IMG/VR virus record: IMGVR_UViG_3300046009_011911
Location: 15,238 to 79,237 of that record
Origin: a virus
Length of the DNA stretch: 64,000 bases
Reading direction: 5' to 3' (one strand)
Shown: positions 1 through 9,868 of the stretch, in pieces
Position numbering within the stretch: position 1 is the first letter of the stretch
Layout: each line of letters begins with the position of its first letter
Notes under the pieces: model-generated
Databases searched by the model: none
What the model was told of the DNA's origin: nothing
Seen by the model: the letters and a program-made list of their open reading frames with translations, nothing else
Position numbers and translations under genes: made by a program

Positions 1-1
1 A

Positions 2-955
2 AACAATAAAGCAGACTTATCTACCATTCAAACTGTTTTGCGTAGTAAGGTTCCGAACTTAGCAAATGCACTTGATTTTACTAGTATCTCAATTGTAAGT
101 GGTAGACCAAATGACAGCGTGTTCGCAACTTTTGCAGAATTTGGAAAAGATTTATATCAAAAAACTCCAAATTTCAACATTACTACTGGACAAGAACTAT
201 CCGAGTTGATAGACACTGTTCTAAATCAAGCCACATCAAACGTGGAAAATTTAGCGACTAATTCTAGCTTACTACCAGAAGATATAATCGACAGTTTCAA
301 ATCATTTTTGCCAAAAACACCCGACGGTGGTCCAGCTTCGATATTAGATGTAATAGGTTGCGCAAGTGGTTACCTAATTGAAAATTTAAATGAGGTTAAT
401 CAAGGGTTGGATATAATCAATAAATCTTCCTATGGTCCACAAATCCATAATGCATTGACACAGATAGCCGACACTTATAAACTATACAATGAAGCATTAA
501 GTAACAGTTGGACCGAAGTAGGAAATCCCTCTGTGGGTCATACCGGTTATATACAATTACCTATAGATATTAGAATTAAACAAAATTATGATCAAGCAGT
601 GCAAAACTATTTCAATTTGTTAAATCAATTATCCAACGATGCTGCCTATAAAAATATTGTGCAAAACATTAATTTGAATTGGGACTTATTATGTGAAGGT
701 ATCAATACTGAGGTGGTAAACTATAACAAAGCCAATATGACTACAAGTGAATTTCAAGATAATACTGTGATCTACAGTTTTGTAAGTAGTTTACCTAGTT
801 ATGCATTGGACAATTCTGGGTTAGGCACAGATTACTTTTTGTATGCAATGTGCCAACCAAATCAAGCTGGTGACATTGTAAAGTCTATTTTAAATCAATA
901 TAAAAACACCGAAATTCTTGCCAATGCTGGTGTTCAAATCAAAGGTGTAGTGTAA
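2..955 (+). CDS. Hypothetical protein, 5'-truncated by the window edge (possibly virion-associated)
   Basis: Frame is open from position 2 through the ORF-track start at 38; no recognised motif. Confidence 0.6.
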   Translation, partial: NNKADLSTIQTVLRSKVPNLANALDFTSISIVSGRPNDSVFATFAEFGKDLYQKTPNFNITTGQELSELIDTVLNQATSNVENLATNSSLLPEDIIDSFKSFLPKTPDGGPASILDVIGCASGYLIENLNEVNQGLDIINKSSYGPQIHNALTQIADTYKLYNEALSNSWTEVGNPSVGHTGYIQLPIDIRIKQNYDQAVQNYFNLLNQLSNDAAYKNIVQNINLNWDLLCEGINTEVVNYNKANMTTSEFQDNTVIYSFVSSLPSYALDNSGLGTDYFLYAMCQPNQAGDIVKSILNQYKNTEILANAGVQIKGVV

Positions 956-1072
956 ACCGTTTTTCTTGATTTTTCGTGAGTTAAGTGCTATTATTGTCAA
1001 ACAATAAAGTAGCATTTATGTCTTAACAATAAAACATATATAAAAACTACACTCTATAAAAAGGAGGTCAAT

Positions 1073-1708
1073 ATGACTACAACTATGAGTTTATCTCATA
1101 CCTCTTATAAAGCAGTGATAAGCAGCATCAAACTGTTAATTTTTGGTTTAGGCCTAAGTTTAACTATTTTTGCAGTGTACGAAATAACTGCGAATAAGTT
1201 ACGTAATTTAAAGCTGGAAGAAACTGTACAAATAGAAAGATTGCACCATGCCATCCTGACAGAGAATTTAAAACAGGCAGAACTAATTAAAGCACAACAA
1301 GCTCATACAGAAAGGTTGAAACAATTAGAATGTTTGGCCAGAAATGTTTATTGGGAAGCAGCATCTGAACCATTTGAAGGTAAAGTGGCAGTAGCGCAAG
1401 TAACCATGAATAGGCTAGAATCAGGTCGTTACGGAAATACTATCTGTCAAGTTGTTTTTCAACGAACAAAAGTATATGAAACTGTAATTTGCCAATTTAG
1501 TTGGACTTGTACTGGTAAATCTAGAGTGCCCCCAAAAAATCTCAGATTATTTAAAGAAAGCGAAGACATTGCCAGAAAAGTTTATTTTGAAAATTATCGA
1601 TTACCGACTATGACGAAAGCCATGTATTTTCATAATACCACTGTTCGACCAGGTTGGAACAAAGTTAAAATTGCGCAAATAGGACAACACGTTTTTTATC
1701 GGGATTGA
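1073..1708 (+). CDS. Cell wall hydrolase, SleB/Hydrolase_2 family, with N-terminal TM helix
   Basis: CLARNVYWEA...GKVAVAQVTMNR, CQFSW and C-terminal IGQHVFY motifs; SD AGGAGG. Confidence 0.9.
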   Translation: MTTTMSLSHTSYKAVISSIKLLIFGLGLSLTIFAVYEITANKLRNLKLEETVQIERLHHAILTENLKQAELIKAQQAHTERLKQLECLARNVYWEAASEPFEGKVAVAQVTMNRLESGRYGNTICQVVFQRTKVYETVICQFSWTCTGKSRVPPKNLRLFKESEDIARKVYFENYRLPTMTKAMYFHNTTVRPGWNKVKIAQIGQHVFYRD

Positions 1709-1712
1709 CATC

Positions 1713-2042
1713 ATGAAATTATCTACTATTAAATTTAGTTTTTTAAGATTTTACTTGTTAGTGAAAAAATTCTTTTTGATTCATTTGCAAAAAATTACCG
1801 CAAATACTTTGGGATGGATGGCTGCAATTGTATTACATGCTGCAACCATTCCCAGTCTTATTGCATTGATGAGCGCATTAACTGATAGATTACCTAATTT
1901 AGAAATGATTTTATTCATTTGGACTGCACTGGTCTTGTTGTTTACCAGAGCTATTATTTTGAAAGATCAGTTAAATATTATTACTATCGGCGCAGGATTC
2001 ATAGCGCAGGCAGTAATGATGGCGTTCATACTTTTTAAATAA
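1713..2042 (+). CDS. Small multi-pass membrane protein
   Basis: Three hydrophobic segments; directly follows the hydrolase. Confidence 0.65.
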   Translation: MKLSTIKFSFLRFYLLVKKFFLIHLQKITANTLGWMAAIVLHAATIPSLIALMSALTDRLPNLEMILFIWTALVLLFTRAIILKDQLNIITIGAGFIAQAVMMAFILFK

Positions 2043-2043
2043 A

Positions 2044-2700
2044 ATGAATTATTTTCAATTATTGTATAATTTGCACAACATCTATCATAAGTTTGATGGT
2101 CAATCAATGGATAGAAATTCTATTTTAAAATGTATAAAACGTAGTATTCCTTTTAAAGAATGTCAAATTTATAGTTTGGAAACACTGAGTTTACCTAACG
2201 GAAAATTTAATGTTTCAGGTTTATATGATCCTGATCAAGATGAACAAGGCAAGCCCCCTATTGTAATCGAAATAGCATTTCCTAAAAAAAGAAATTTTGT
2301 TTTTGATGAATCAGACTTGCGCAGAGAACACTGGGCCGAGCTCTGTATAGATTTAGCAAGCACACTTGGTCATGAGTTTATTCATTTGAACCAATTTAGA
2401 AAACGTAATTATCGTTGGACAAGACAGTATAAAAGTAAAACATCGGATCTCAAACTGAGAGAAATGCAAGAGTATTATGGAGATTCAGATGAAATAGGAG
2501 CCTATGCCTTTATGGCAGCAGCTGAACTGACACTGAATAAAGCGTCAGTGGATGATTTTAATTTGGAAGACACAAATACTTACAAAGTATATGCACAAGT
2601 TTTCGGCGACAAAGACCCCGTTGTACTTAAATTGTCTAAGTTAATAAAACAATATAACAAAAAACTGGAGAAACAATATCATGCCACGAATTTCCAATGA
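2044..2700 (+). CDS. HExxH-motif protein (zincin-like)
   Basis: TLGHEFIHLNQ and downstream DSDEIGAY. Confidence 0.55.
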   Translation: MNYFQLLYNLHNIYHKFDGQSMDRNSILKCIKRSIPFKECQIYSLETLSLPNGKFNVSGLYDPDQDEQGKPPIVIEIAFPKKRNFVFDESDLRREHWAELCIDLASTLGHEFIHLNQFRKRNYRWTRQYKSKTSDLKLREMQEYYGDSDEIGAYAFMAAAELTLNKASVDDFNLEDTNTYKVYAQVFGDKDPVVLKLSKLIKQYNKKLEKQYHATNFQ

Positions 2701-2896
2701 AGTAGAAGATATTAGCGAGGGCGATTTTTTAGACAGTCTAGATGATGACGATTTTGTATTTGTAATAGATGGCGATGGTAATCTAAAATCATTACTAATG
2801 CCTGAGATGGCAGATGAAGAAGCAGTGCCCGAAAACGTTGTTTCTATTCTTAAGTTTTTTGGAATCTCAAAAATGAATCCTGCAACACTACATTAA
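2681..2896 (+). CDS. Acidic hypothetical protein
   Basis: SD GGAG upstream; operon geometry. Confidence 0.65.
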   Translation: MPRISNEVEDISEGDFLDSLDDDDFVFVIDGDGNLKSLLMPEMADEEAVPENVVSILKFFGISKMNPATLH

Positions 2897-2899
2897 CGG

Positions 2900-2928
2900 T
2901 TGACAAATATATTCAATATCTCTATAAT
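2900..2928 (+). promoter_or_regulatory. Sigma70-type early promoter
   Basis: TTGACA(2900)-17 nt-TATAAT(2923). Confidence 0.85.
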
Positions 2929-2957
2929 ATATAGATACTGAACTTTAGGAGCAGCAC

Positions 2958-3161
2958 GTGGGATACCGTGTGTTAGGCGAAATGGAGCGTAAGTGGCAAC
3001 CCCGTAAAGGGCTAGAAGGTCCCTTTTATTACCCCAACGGGCGTGTTTTGTACTATGATGCTAAGGCGGGGGAATATTGGGATCCAACTACAGATTTTTA
3101 CGTAGAACGGGATGAAATTGCTCAGTTGCAGGGCGATTTCATGCGTACTTTGGCCCAATAA
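2958..3161 (+). CDS. Small early hypothetical protein
   Basis: GTG start after AGGAG, behind the promoter. Confidence 0.7.
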   Translation: MGYRVLGEMERKWQPRKGLEGPFYYPNGRVLYYDAKAGEYWDPTTDFYVERDEIAQLQGDFMRTLAQ

Positions 3162-3166
3162 TTTGG

Positions 3167-3200
3167 TTGACAAATATTCCATTATTTCATATAATAATGG
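3167..3200 (+). promoter_or_regulatory. Early promoter with palindrome CCATTATT-N6-AATAATGG
   Basis: TTGACA(3167)-17-TATAAT(3190); palindrome 3179-3200. Confidence 0.85.
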
Positions 3201-3201
3201 T

Positions 3202-3516
3202 ATGATGAAACGTAAAGCACGCCAAGACCGCAAGCACGCCGTGTACATGATCATGAACACGGAGACTGGTGAACACTACATTGGTATTACTGTATGTGGT
3301 CAACAGCTTCGCAATGCCATTAAGGTTCGGTGGCAAAAACATGTCCGTCGTGCGCTGACAGAAGATAAAGATTGGAACCTGTGTCGTAATATTCGCCAAC
3401 ATGGTCCTGACGTTTTTGAAGTTGAAGTTCTCGAAGTTGTTCGTGGTCGCAAACCTGCTCACCAACGTGAGCGTGAATTGATTTCTGAATTGTGTCCCTC
3501 TCTTAATCAATATTAA
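3202..3516 (+). CDS. GIY-YIG family nuclease, probably leaderless
   Basis: AVYMIMNTETGEHYIGIT...RWQKH...ERELI...LN; ATG at 3202 is the 7th base after the -10 box. Confidence 0.75.
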   Translation: MMKRKARQDRKHAVYMIMNTETGEHYIGITVCGQQLRNAIKVRWQKHVRRALTEDKDWNLCRNIRQHGPDVFEVEVLEVVRGRKPAHQRERELISELCPSLNQY

Positions 3517-3531
3517 TTTAAGGAACTGACT

Positions 3532-3681
3532 ATGATGAAAATGGAAAAGACTGACAAAACCATGCTGGGCCCCAACGAATTCGGATTTTATCTGGATGCA
3601 TGGGTTCATTGTTGGAAAAATAAATTCGACATTGGCAGGATCAAACGTAAAAGCTGGGACGTTTGGTTTGTGGAAGCATAA
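3532..3681 (+). CDS. 49-aa hypothetical protein (not in ORF track)
   Basis: MMKMEKTDKT...WFVEA*; SD AAGGA; fills the gap exactly. Confidence 0.6.
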   Translation: MMKMEKTDKTMLGPNEFGFYLDAWVHCWKNKFDIGRIKRKSWDVWFVEA

Positions 3682-3682
3682 C

Positions 3683-3829
3683 ATGCCTTTTATTCTAAGA
3701 GGTATTTTGTACGCTACTTTAGGTTTCCTATTAGCAGAGCAAAATATTACAGTATCACAAGCACCATTAGACTTTGTTTTGATTCTTGGTAATGTAATGC
3801 TCATTGACTATTTTGCAGGCCAATCGTGA
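3683..3829 (+). CDS. Small membrane protein
   Basis: MPFILRGILY..., two hydrophobic stretches. Confidence 0.55.
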   Translation: MPFILRGILYATLGFLLAEQNITVSQAPLDFVLILGNVMLIDYFAGQS

Positions 3830-4215
3830 TATTTGAAGATTCAGAAGATTTCGAAATTTCCAAAACTTATCTATTGAGTTGGGATTGTGAAGGTTTGGAG
3901 TCAGTGGTCTGTATATCAGATATTGCCAAGGAAGAAACTTGGCAAGCTTTAAAAAAGGATCATCAAAAAGAAGACAACTTGTCAGGACGAACTGAAACAG
4001 TAACTTCAATTGTTGGCAAGTTAGTCATGCGGGCTAGATTTAATAGCCATCGTTTTTATGAGATATATGCAATAGATGTAGAAGACGGTATTACATCTGA
4101 TGACATTAGAGACTGGTTCGAATCTGCCCCTCGAGAGATGGCTGATCTAATACGACAGCGTGGTAGAAAACTCTACAGCGATCGCAGAGATAAACGCAGA
4201 ATAAGGATAGAATAA
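3826..4215 (+). CDS. Hypothetical protein
   Basis: GTGA overlap with previous ORF. Confidence 0.65.
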   Translation: MIFEDSEDFEISKTYLLSWDCEGLESVVCISDIAKEETWQALKKDHQKEDNLSGRTETVTSIVGKLVMRARFNSHRFYEIYAIDVEDGITSDDIRDWFESAPREMADLIRQRGRKLYSDRRDKRRIRIE

Positions 4216-4225
4216 ATATTTAATC

Positions 4226-5773
4226 ATGATTTTTGGATTTTTTACTTTAATTGTAGCACTAATTATCAGCGGCATAGCAGCCTATTATAGTATAGCGGGT
4301 TTGACTGCCATTTTTTCTACAGCAGTGGTGCCTATAATTATTATGGGTGCAGCACTAGAAGTGGGAAAAATTACTGCGGCAGTTTGGTTAAAATTAAATT
4401 GGTCCAGGGCCAGTATTACATATAAGCTCTATTTGGTTCCCGCTGTCACTGTTCTAATGTTGTTGACTAGTATGGGAATTTTTGGCTTTTTAAGTAAAGC
4501 CCACAGTGATCAAACATTGATTACTGGCAACAGCAGTGCTCAGATTGCATTGTTTGATGAAAAGATCAAAATACAAAGAGAAAACATTGACACTGCTAGA
4601 CGAGCTCTTGCTCAACTTGATTCCCAAGTCAACGAACGTCTATCACGTGGTACCAGTGAACAAAGCGTTGAAAGAGCTGCCCAACTTCGCAGGCAACAAA
4701 CTGCTGAACGTAATAAACTACTCAAGGATGTTGAATCTGCTCAAAATGAAATACAAAAATTAAATGAAGCTAGGGCACCATTAGCAGCAGAATTAAGAAA
4801 AGTAGAGTCTGAAGTTGGCCCTATAAAATACATCGCTGCATTAATATATGGACCTAATCCCGATGCAGATATATTAGAAAAAGCAGTAAGTTGGATGATA
4901 ATTTTCATTGTGGCAGTATTCGATCCACTGGCTTTGGTTCTTATTTTAGCTGCGCAACAAAGCATTAATTGGAATAGATCTCATAGAAAAAACATTATTG
5001 AACCCTCGCCAGAATTAGATTCCAAACAAGAGTCGGTGGATGATTCGGCTCAAAAAAAAACAGTAGAGAAAACGTCTCAACCTCTTGAAACAGAATTTGA
5101 CATTTCTAAACATGCTTATTTACATAAACCATGGATTCATTTTCCGTCTGGGTTGAAACCTTTAGTTGCCGAAGTGCCAATTGAACCTGTTGCAACGGTG
5201 GTACCGCCAGAAGTTAATACAGTTAAATCTACTACCAAAAAGCGATCTAAAAAAATACTACAGGAAAAACCTGTACTTCCAGTTATTGAACAACCATTGG
5301 TACAAGAAAACACATCTGCTGTGCCTGATGAATCAGTTGAATTTACTGATGATAAAGATGAAGTATTGATAAGCGGAATTAAAATTAAAAAAATAGCTGG
5401 CGGTTATTACGAAGTAAATGATAAACGATACAGCAAATACGTGTTTTACTCAATGTGGCCTGAAGTGGCGAAAAAATACGACAGTATAGTTGATGAATTA
5501 TCAATTCCGCATGTGGAAACTAATTTCGGTAACCAGTTTCCTGTTTATGCAAACAAAGGTGACCTGTTTTTAAGAACTGACAGCGTACCAAATAAACTAC
5601 ACAAATTTAACGGTGTAAAATGGATTGAAGTAGACAAAAACAAAACAGACAGCTATTCTTATGATGATAAGTATATACAGTTCTTAATTGATAAATTACA
5701 ATCAGGTGAATACGAATTAGATCAACTTAGTGCTACTGAACAAGATTTGGTAGCTGCAAAACTTCAAAAATAA
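4226..5773 (+). CDS. Membrane protein with periplasmic coiled coil and long cytoplasmic tail
   Basis: 3 N-terminal TM helices, coiled coil, further TM (AVFDPLALVLILAA); preceded by late motif AATAAATA at 4211. Confidence 0.75.
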   Translation: MIFGFFTLIVALIISGIAAYYSIAGLTAIFSTAVVPIIIMGAALEVGKITAAVWLKLNWSRASITYKLYLVPAVTVLMLLTSMGIFGFLSKAHSDQTLITGNSSAQIALFDEKIKIQRENIDTARRALAQLDSQVNERLSRGTSEQSVERAAQLRRQQTAERNKLLKDVESAQNEIQKLNEARAPLAAELRKVESEVGPIKYIAALIYGPNPDADILEKAVSWMIIFIVAVFDPLALVLILAAQQSINWNRSHRKNIIEPSPELDSKQESVDDSAQKKTVEKTSQPLETEFDISKHAYLHKPWIHFPSGLKPLVAEVPIEPVATVVPPEVNTVKSTTKKRSKKILQEKPVLPVIEQPLVQENTSAVPDESVEFTDDKDEVLISGIKIKKIAGGYYEVNDKRYSKYVFYSMWPEVAKKYDSIVDELSIPHVETNFGNQFPVYANKGDLFLRTDSVPNKLHKFNGVKWIEVDKNKTDSYSYDDKYIQFLIDKLQSGEYELDQLSATEQDLVAAKLQK

Positions 5774-5783
5774 TTGTACAAAA

Positions 5784-6488
5784 ATGACACAGCCAAAAAT
5801 ATCTATCCTTTTGCCTACTCGAAAAAGAGTAGATGCAGTAATTAAAAGTATCAGCAGTATTTTAAGTCTTGCTAAAAATCCCGGAGACATAGAAATATTA
5901 ATCGCTTACGACAACGACGATGATGAAAGTAGAGAATTTTTCAGCACAACTTGGTTTCCGTTTGTGGCACAATCGGGTGCGACTACTAAGGTATTTGAAA
6001 CTGAAAGATTTGGATACTTACGTCTTTACAAGTATGTGAATTTTTTAGGTGAGCAAGCTTCAGGTGATTGGTTAATGTTTTGGAATGATGATGCCTTAAT
6101 GTTAACAGAAGGATGGGATGAGGAAATTATTAAGAATCGGGGCTATTGGGGTTTGTTACGTATGCCTTGCATTAACATGGATCATCCTTTTGCACTGTTT
6201 CCTATTATTCCAAAAGATTGGATAGATTTCTTCGGAAAAATTAGTCCAGTTAATCACAGTGATTGGTGGATCTATCATGTAACGTATCATCTAAACAGAA
6301 TGAAAAATATAGATGTTAAAGTTTTCCATAATAGAGCAGATGTCACAGGACAAAATAATGATGACACATTCCGTGAACAAAGTTATGCTGCAGATGGCAA
6401 AGATCCAACAAACCCAGAAGATTACAGTCACCCTGAACGTAGACTTGAATTGGAACAATGGATTTCAAAATTAGCAAATAAATCATGA
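5784..6488 (+). CDS. Glycosyltransferase, GT-A/GT2-like
   Basis: ISILLPTRKR, IAYDNDD, FWNDDALM (DxD-like). Confidence 0.8.
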   Translation: MTQPKISILLPTRKRVDAVIKSISSILSLAKNPGDIEILIAYDNDDDESREFFSTTWFPFVAQSGATTKVFETERFGYLRLYKYVNFLGEQASGDWLMFWNDDALMLTEGWDEEIIKNRGYWGLLRMPCINMDHPFALFPIIPKDWIDFFGKISPVNHSDWWIYHVTYHLNRMKNIDVKVFHNRADVTGQNNDDTFREQSYAADGKDPTNPEDYSHPERRLELEQWISKLANKS

Positions 6489-7267
6489 CAACAAACCTAT
6501 TAGAGAATATTCGTAATTATTGGAACTCGAGACCCTGTAACATTAAGCATAGTCAAAGTCCTATTGGAACTAAAGAGTATTTTGATGAAGTTGAGGCAAG
6601 ACGCTATGCCAATGAACCACATAATTACACCTTTGCAGAATTTGAAAGATGGAAAGGCAAACGGGTATTAGAAATCGGTTGCGGTATTGGCACCGATGCA
6701 GTTAATTTTGCTCGCCACGGAGCAGTTTATACAGGCATCGATTTAAGTTCCGAAAGTATTAAAATTGCAAAGCGAAGATTTGAAGTATTTAATCTTCAAG
6801 GCGAATTGTTCGAAGCAAATGCCGAAGACCTAAGTTTTATTTTTGATCCCAGTGATCGATTTGATTTAATTTATAGTTTTGGGGTAATACACCATGCTCC
6901 CAGGCCAGACAAAATTGTACAAAGTTTACCTAAATTATTAACTCCAGATGGTGAAGTCAAGGTAATGTTGTATGCTAAAAATAGTTGGAAAAACATTATG
7001 ATTAATTCAGGTTTGGATCAGCCTGAAGCTCAAAACAATTGTCCCCAAGCACTGACTTATACCAAAGAAGAAATTAGAGAATTATTTTCTTATTTTCCTT
7101 ATGTAGAAATCGAACAAGATTTTATTTTTCCATGGGTAATAGAAAACTATATTAAATATGAATACGTCAAACAGCCTTGGTTTGATGTGATGCCGCCTGA
7201 ACTGTTTAGGATTTTAGAAAAATCATTAGGATGGCATATGCTAGTAAAGGCAAAACTTAACGGATAA
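6485..7267 (+). CDS. Class I SAM-dependent methyltransferase
   Basis: VLEIGCGIG, GIDLS, FDLIYSFGVIHH. Confidence 0.9.
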   Translation: MTTNLLENIRNYWNSRPCNIKHSQSPIGTKEYFDEVEARRYANEPHNYTFAEFERWKGKRVLEIGCGIGTDAVNFARHGAVYTGIDLSSESIKIAKRRFEVFNLQGELFEANAEDLSFIFDPSDRFDLIYSFGVIHHAPRPDKIVQSLPKLLTPDGEVKVMLYAKNSWKNIMINSGLDQPEAQNNCPQALTYTKEEIRELFSYFPYVEIEQDFIFPWVIENYIKYEYVKQPWFDVMPPELFRILEKSLGWHMLVKAKLNG

Positions 7268-7270
7268 TAT

Positions 7271-7546
7271 ATGCCAAGAATTTTTACTCCACCAGACTGT
7301 GAATTTGACAGGTCAATCAAAAAAATTCTAATTAGGAATTGTGATTGGACCGACGAACAAATTGCTTCTTATATTGATAACCTCAGTGACAAAGTTTATG
7401 ACATTTACATTTACAATGATAGAATGAATGATGTGCAATGGTATGAAGGTATAAGAACGTCTGCAGTAAAAGTTATTGATTATAGAAACTATAAAAATTT
7501 AGATCCAGTTGAATGGTTAAGGACTTTAGATGACATTGTACAATAA
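7271..7546 (+). CDS. Hypothetical protein
   Basis: Operon geometry only. Confidence 0.6.
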   Translation: MPRIFTPPDCEFDRSIKKILIRNCDWTDEQIASYIDNLSDKVYDIYIYNDRMNDVQWYEGIRTSAVKVIDYRNYKNLDPVEWLRTLDDIVQ

Positions 7547-7772
7547 AAACAAAATTATATCGGGAACTACTGTAATTGTAGTAGATGATAATCTTGAGAA
7601 AGCCATGCGTAAATTTAAAAAGAAGGTCGCAGAAAATAATATTTTGCAAGATTTACGTAAAAAAGAATTCTATGAAAAACCCACCATCGCCAGAAAGAAA
7701 GCAGCGGGTGCAGCAAGAAGTAGGTGGCTAAGAAAATTACAATCCGAAGCACTTCCGAAAAAAATGTATTAA
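7530..7772 (+). CDS. rpsU: Ribosomal protein bS21
   Basis: NLEKAMRKFKKK...LQDLRKKEFYEKPTIARKK...AARSR. Confidence 0.9.
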   Translation: MTLYNKNKIISGTTVIVVDDNLEKAMRKFKKKVAENNILQDLRKKEFYEKPTIARKKAAGAARSRWLRKLQSEALPKKMY

Positions 7773-8008
7773 TGTATGTTGAATTTGATTTAACTGATGT
7801 TTACTATCCAACTTTAGAACAAGAAATTCAAAGTTGGAGTCAGCAATATTCAGTGAAATATTATCTTAAAATACACAAACATAAAGCCAAATTAACTTTT
7901 GTGGATGAAAAAAATTATTCTACATTTTGCATGTCGTGGAATCCTACTCTTAGCGACTATTTAAAATACACAATAATTGAACCAATGAAAGTTGACAAGA
8001 CCAAATAA
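7772..8008 (+). CDS. Hypothetical protein (possible distant LRW-family member)
   Basis: TAATG coupling to bS21; ends ...LTFVDEKNYSTFCMSW. Confidence 0.55.
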   Translation: MYVEFDLTDVYYPTLEQEIQSWSQQYSVKYYLKIHKHKAKLTFVDEKNYSTFCMSWNPTLSDYLKYTIIEPMKVDKTK

Positions 8009-8022
8009 ATCCTGTATAAATA
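7992..8022 (+). promoter_or_regulatory. Dual sigma70/late promoter of hsp20
   Basis: TTGACA(7992)-17-TATAAA, where the -10 is part of TATAAATA(8015-8022). Confidence 0.7.
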
Positions 8023-8026
8023 CAAC

Positions 8027-8088
8027 TGTAGTGCCGATAGTCGGGCTACACTATGTCATACTTGCTTAATAGAAAGGAGAATATTATG
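8027..8088 (+). promoter_or_regulatory. ROSE-like RNA thermometer in the hsp20 5' UTR
   Basis: 5' hairpin tgtagtgccga-tag-tcgggctaca; CUUGCUU(8061) pairs with SD AAGGAG with a bulged G. Confidence 0.7.
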
Positions 8089-8529
8089 ACACAATTTGAA
8101 CTTCGCACAATCGATCTTCCTACTTTTGCTCGTCACACAATTGGTTTTGACCGTCTATTCAATGAGATGGGTCGTACTTTTGCCAATAGTCGTAACGACA
8201 ATTATCCACCCTATAATATTGCACAACTAGATGACACACACTATGTGATCGAAGTGGCAGTTGCAGGGTTTGAGGAAGATGAGCTTGACATCGAACTTAA
8301 AGATCAAGTTCTTTTAGTAAAAGGATCCAAGGTTAAAAAAGACACACCAGAAATTACTTACGCCCACAAAGGCATCAGTACAAGAAATTTTGAACGTGTA
8401 TTTACTTTGAATCCCGATGTGCAAGTCCGTGCAGCTACCGTTAAAAACGGTATTTTGGCTGTTGCTTTGGAACTAGTAATTCCAGAAGAGCAGAAAGCCA
8501 AAAAGATTGCAATTACTTACACTAAGTAA
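8086..8529 (+). CDS. hsp20: Small heat shock protein Hsp20 (IbpA-like)
   Basis: IGFDRLF, NYPPYNI, IEVAVAGF, HKGISTRNFERVF, NGILAV; start moved to the ATG after AAGGAG. Confidence 0.95.
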   Translation: MTQFELRTIDLPTFARHTIGFDRLFNEMGRTFANSRNDNYPPYNIAQLDDTHYVIEVAVAGFEEDELDIELKDQVLLVKGSKVKKDTPEITYAHKGISTRNFERVFTLNPDVQVRAATVKNGILAVALELVIPEEQKAKKIAITYTK

Positions 8530-8536
8530 TACAATC

Positions 8537-8562
8537 TTAGGGGGAGCAATCCCCCTAATTTA
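8537..8562 (+). terminator. Hairpin, probable terminator
   Basis: ttaggggga-GCAA-tccccctaa followed by ttt. Confidence 0.65.
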
Positions 8563-8575
8563 ATTTAAGATTAAC

Positions 8576-8890
8576 ATGACATCAATTGCTGAACCCAAGA
8601 CTGTAACTAAAATTAAACCTAAATCAGACATCGCCAAGCCTGTACAATGGCATGTTATCTATATCAATGATGAGGTCACTACTCAAGAATTTGTAATTGA
8701 AACTTTAATCATTGTGTTTAATTATGATAGAGACATGGCAGAAGAAATGACAATGAAGGTACATACCGACGGGTCGGCCATAGTTGCTACACTACCATAC
8801 GAAATGGCAGAACAAAAAGGTGTAGAAGTTACTCTACTAGCACGAAACAATGGTTTTCCATTAGTAGTAAAACTAGAACCAGAGTATTGA
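8576..8890 (+). CDS. clpS: ClpS N-end-rule adaptor
   Basis: VIYINDEVTTQEFVIETL...MKVHTDGSAIV...YEMAEQK...GFPL. Confidence 0.92.
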   Translation: MTSIAEPKTVTKIKPKSDIAKPVQWHVIYINDEVTTQEFVIETLIIVFNYDRDMAEEMTMKVHTDGSAIVATLPYEMAEQKGVEVTLLARNNGFPLVVKLEPEY

Positions 8891-8891
8891 A

Positions 8892-9422
8892 ATGGACATA
8901 ATGTTGGATTTAGAAACTCTGGCAACTAGCCCAGATAGTGTTATCCTTACTTTCGGCGCAGTGAAATTTGATCCCTTTAATACAGAACAAGATTTTGATA
9001 CAGGCCTGTATTACAGAATAGATGTGGATGAACAAATTGCTTTGGGTAGACAAGTCGATCAAGGCACAGTTGACTGGTGGGGCTCTCAAAATGAAGAAGT
9101 GAGAGAAGAAGCACTAGGGGAACATGACAGAATCGGTCTGGAACAGTTTACCCAATCACTGAATAAATTTGTAGTAGGTGCTAATCGAATTTGGGCCCAA
9201 GGTCCAGTGTTTGATATTGTTATTTTAGAAAATTTATACAGGCAATTAGGCAAACCTACTCCATGGCCATACTATTTGATTAGGGATAGTAGAACGTTAC
9301 TTAAAGCATTAGGCGACACTAGATCACCTGGCACTATGCTACATAATGCATTAGCAGATTGTGTAAGCCAAGCACAAGCAATTCAACATGCAGTATCTAA
9401 ATACAAATTAACACAATTATGA
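8892..9422 (+). CDS. 3'-5' exonuclease, DEDDh family
   Basis: IMLDLETL, WAQGPVFD, RDSRT, HNALADC. Confidence 0.85.
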   Translation: MDIMLDLETLATSPDSVILTFGAVKFDPFNTEQDFDTGLYYRIDVDEQIALGRQVDQGTVDWWGSQNEEVREEALGEHDRIGLEQFTQSLNKFVVGANRIWAQGPVFDIVILENLYRQLGKPTPWPYYLIRDSRTLLKALGDTRSPGTMLHNALADCVSQAQAIQHAVSKYKLTQL

Positions 9423-9868
9423 ATAGAACATATTACTTAGCATATGGTATGAACACAAATCTCGATAGCATGAAATCGAGATGTCCTGCCGCCATTAGTT
9501 TAGGCAAAGTCTGGCTAGACGATCACAGATTACAGTTTAAATATTTCTGTGATGCAGAATATCATCCAGGGTCCAAAATGCCTTGTGCACTTTGGTCTAT
9601 CACTGATCGCTGCGAACAAAGTTTAGATAGGTTAGAAGGTTATCCAGATTACTATCTGAAAAAAGAAGTTTCAGTCATCTATGAAAATAAAACAATTAAA
9701 GCTATGATTTATTTTATGCCTGATGGTAATGACGTTCAATTCCCCAGCGAATATTATTTTGACACAGTGGTTACAGGGTATAAACAACATGGTATGACTC
9801 TGGAATCAATACTTAATGCATTAACAGATGTTACAAAGGAATCACAGAATGTTTATAGTATGGGATAA
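9419..9868 (+). CDS. Gamma-glutamylcyclotransferase-like protein
   Basis: YLAYGMNTN...RCP...LDRLEGYPDYY...PSEYY. Confidence 0.85.
   Translation: MNRTYYLAYGMNTNLDSMKSRCPAAISLGKVWLDDHRLQFKYFCDAEYHPGSKMPCALWSITDRCEQSLDRLEGYPDYYLKKEVSVIYENKTIKAMIYFMPDGNDVQFPSEYYFDTVVTGYKQHGMTLESILNALTDVTKESQNVYSMG

Noticed and set aside
4111-4130. GGTTCGAATC tRNA T-loop-like string
   Set aside because: Inside a CDS with no cloverleaf; no tRNA genes recognised in the window
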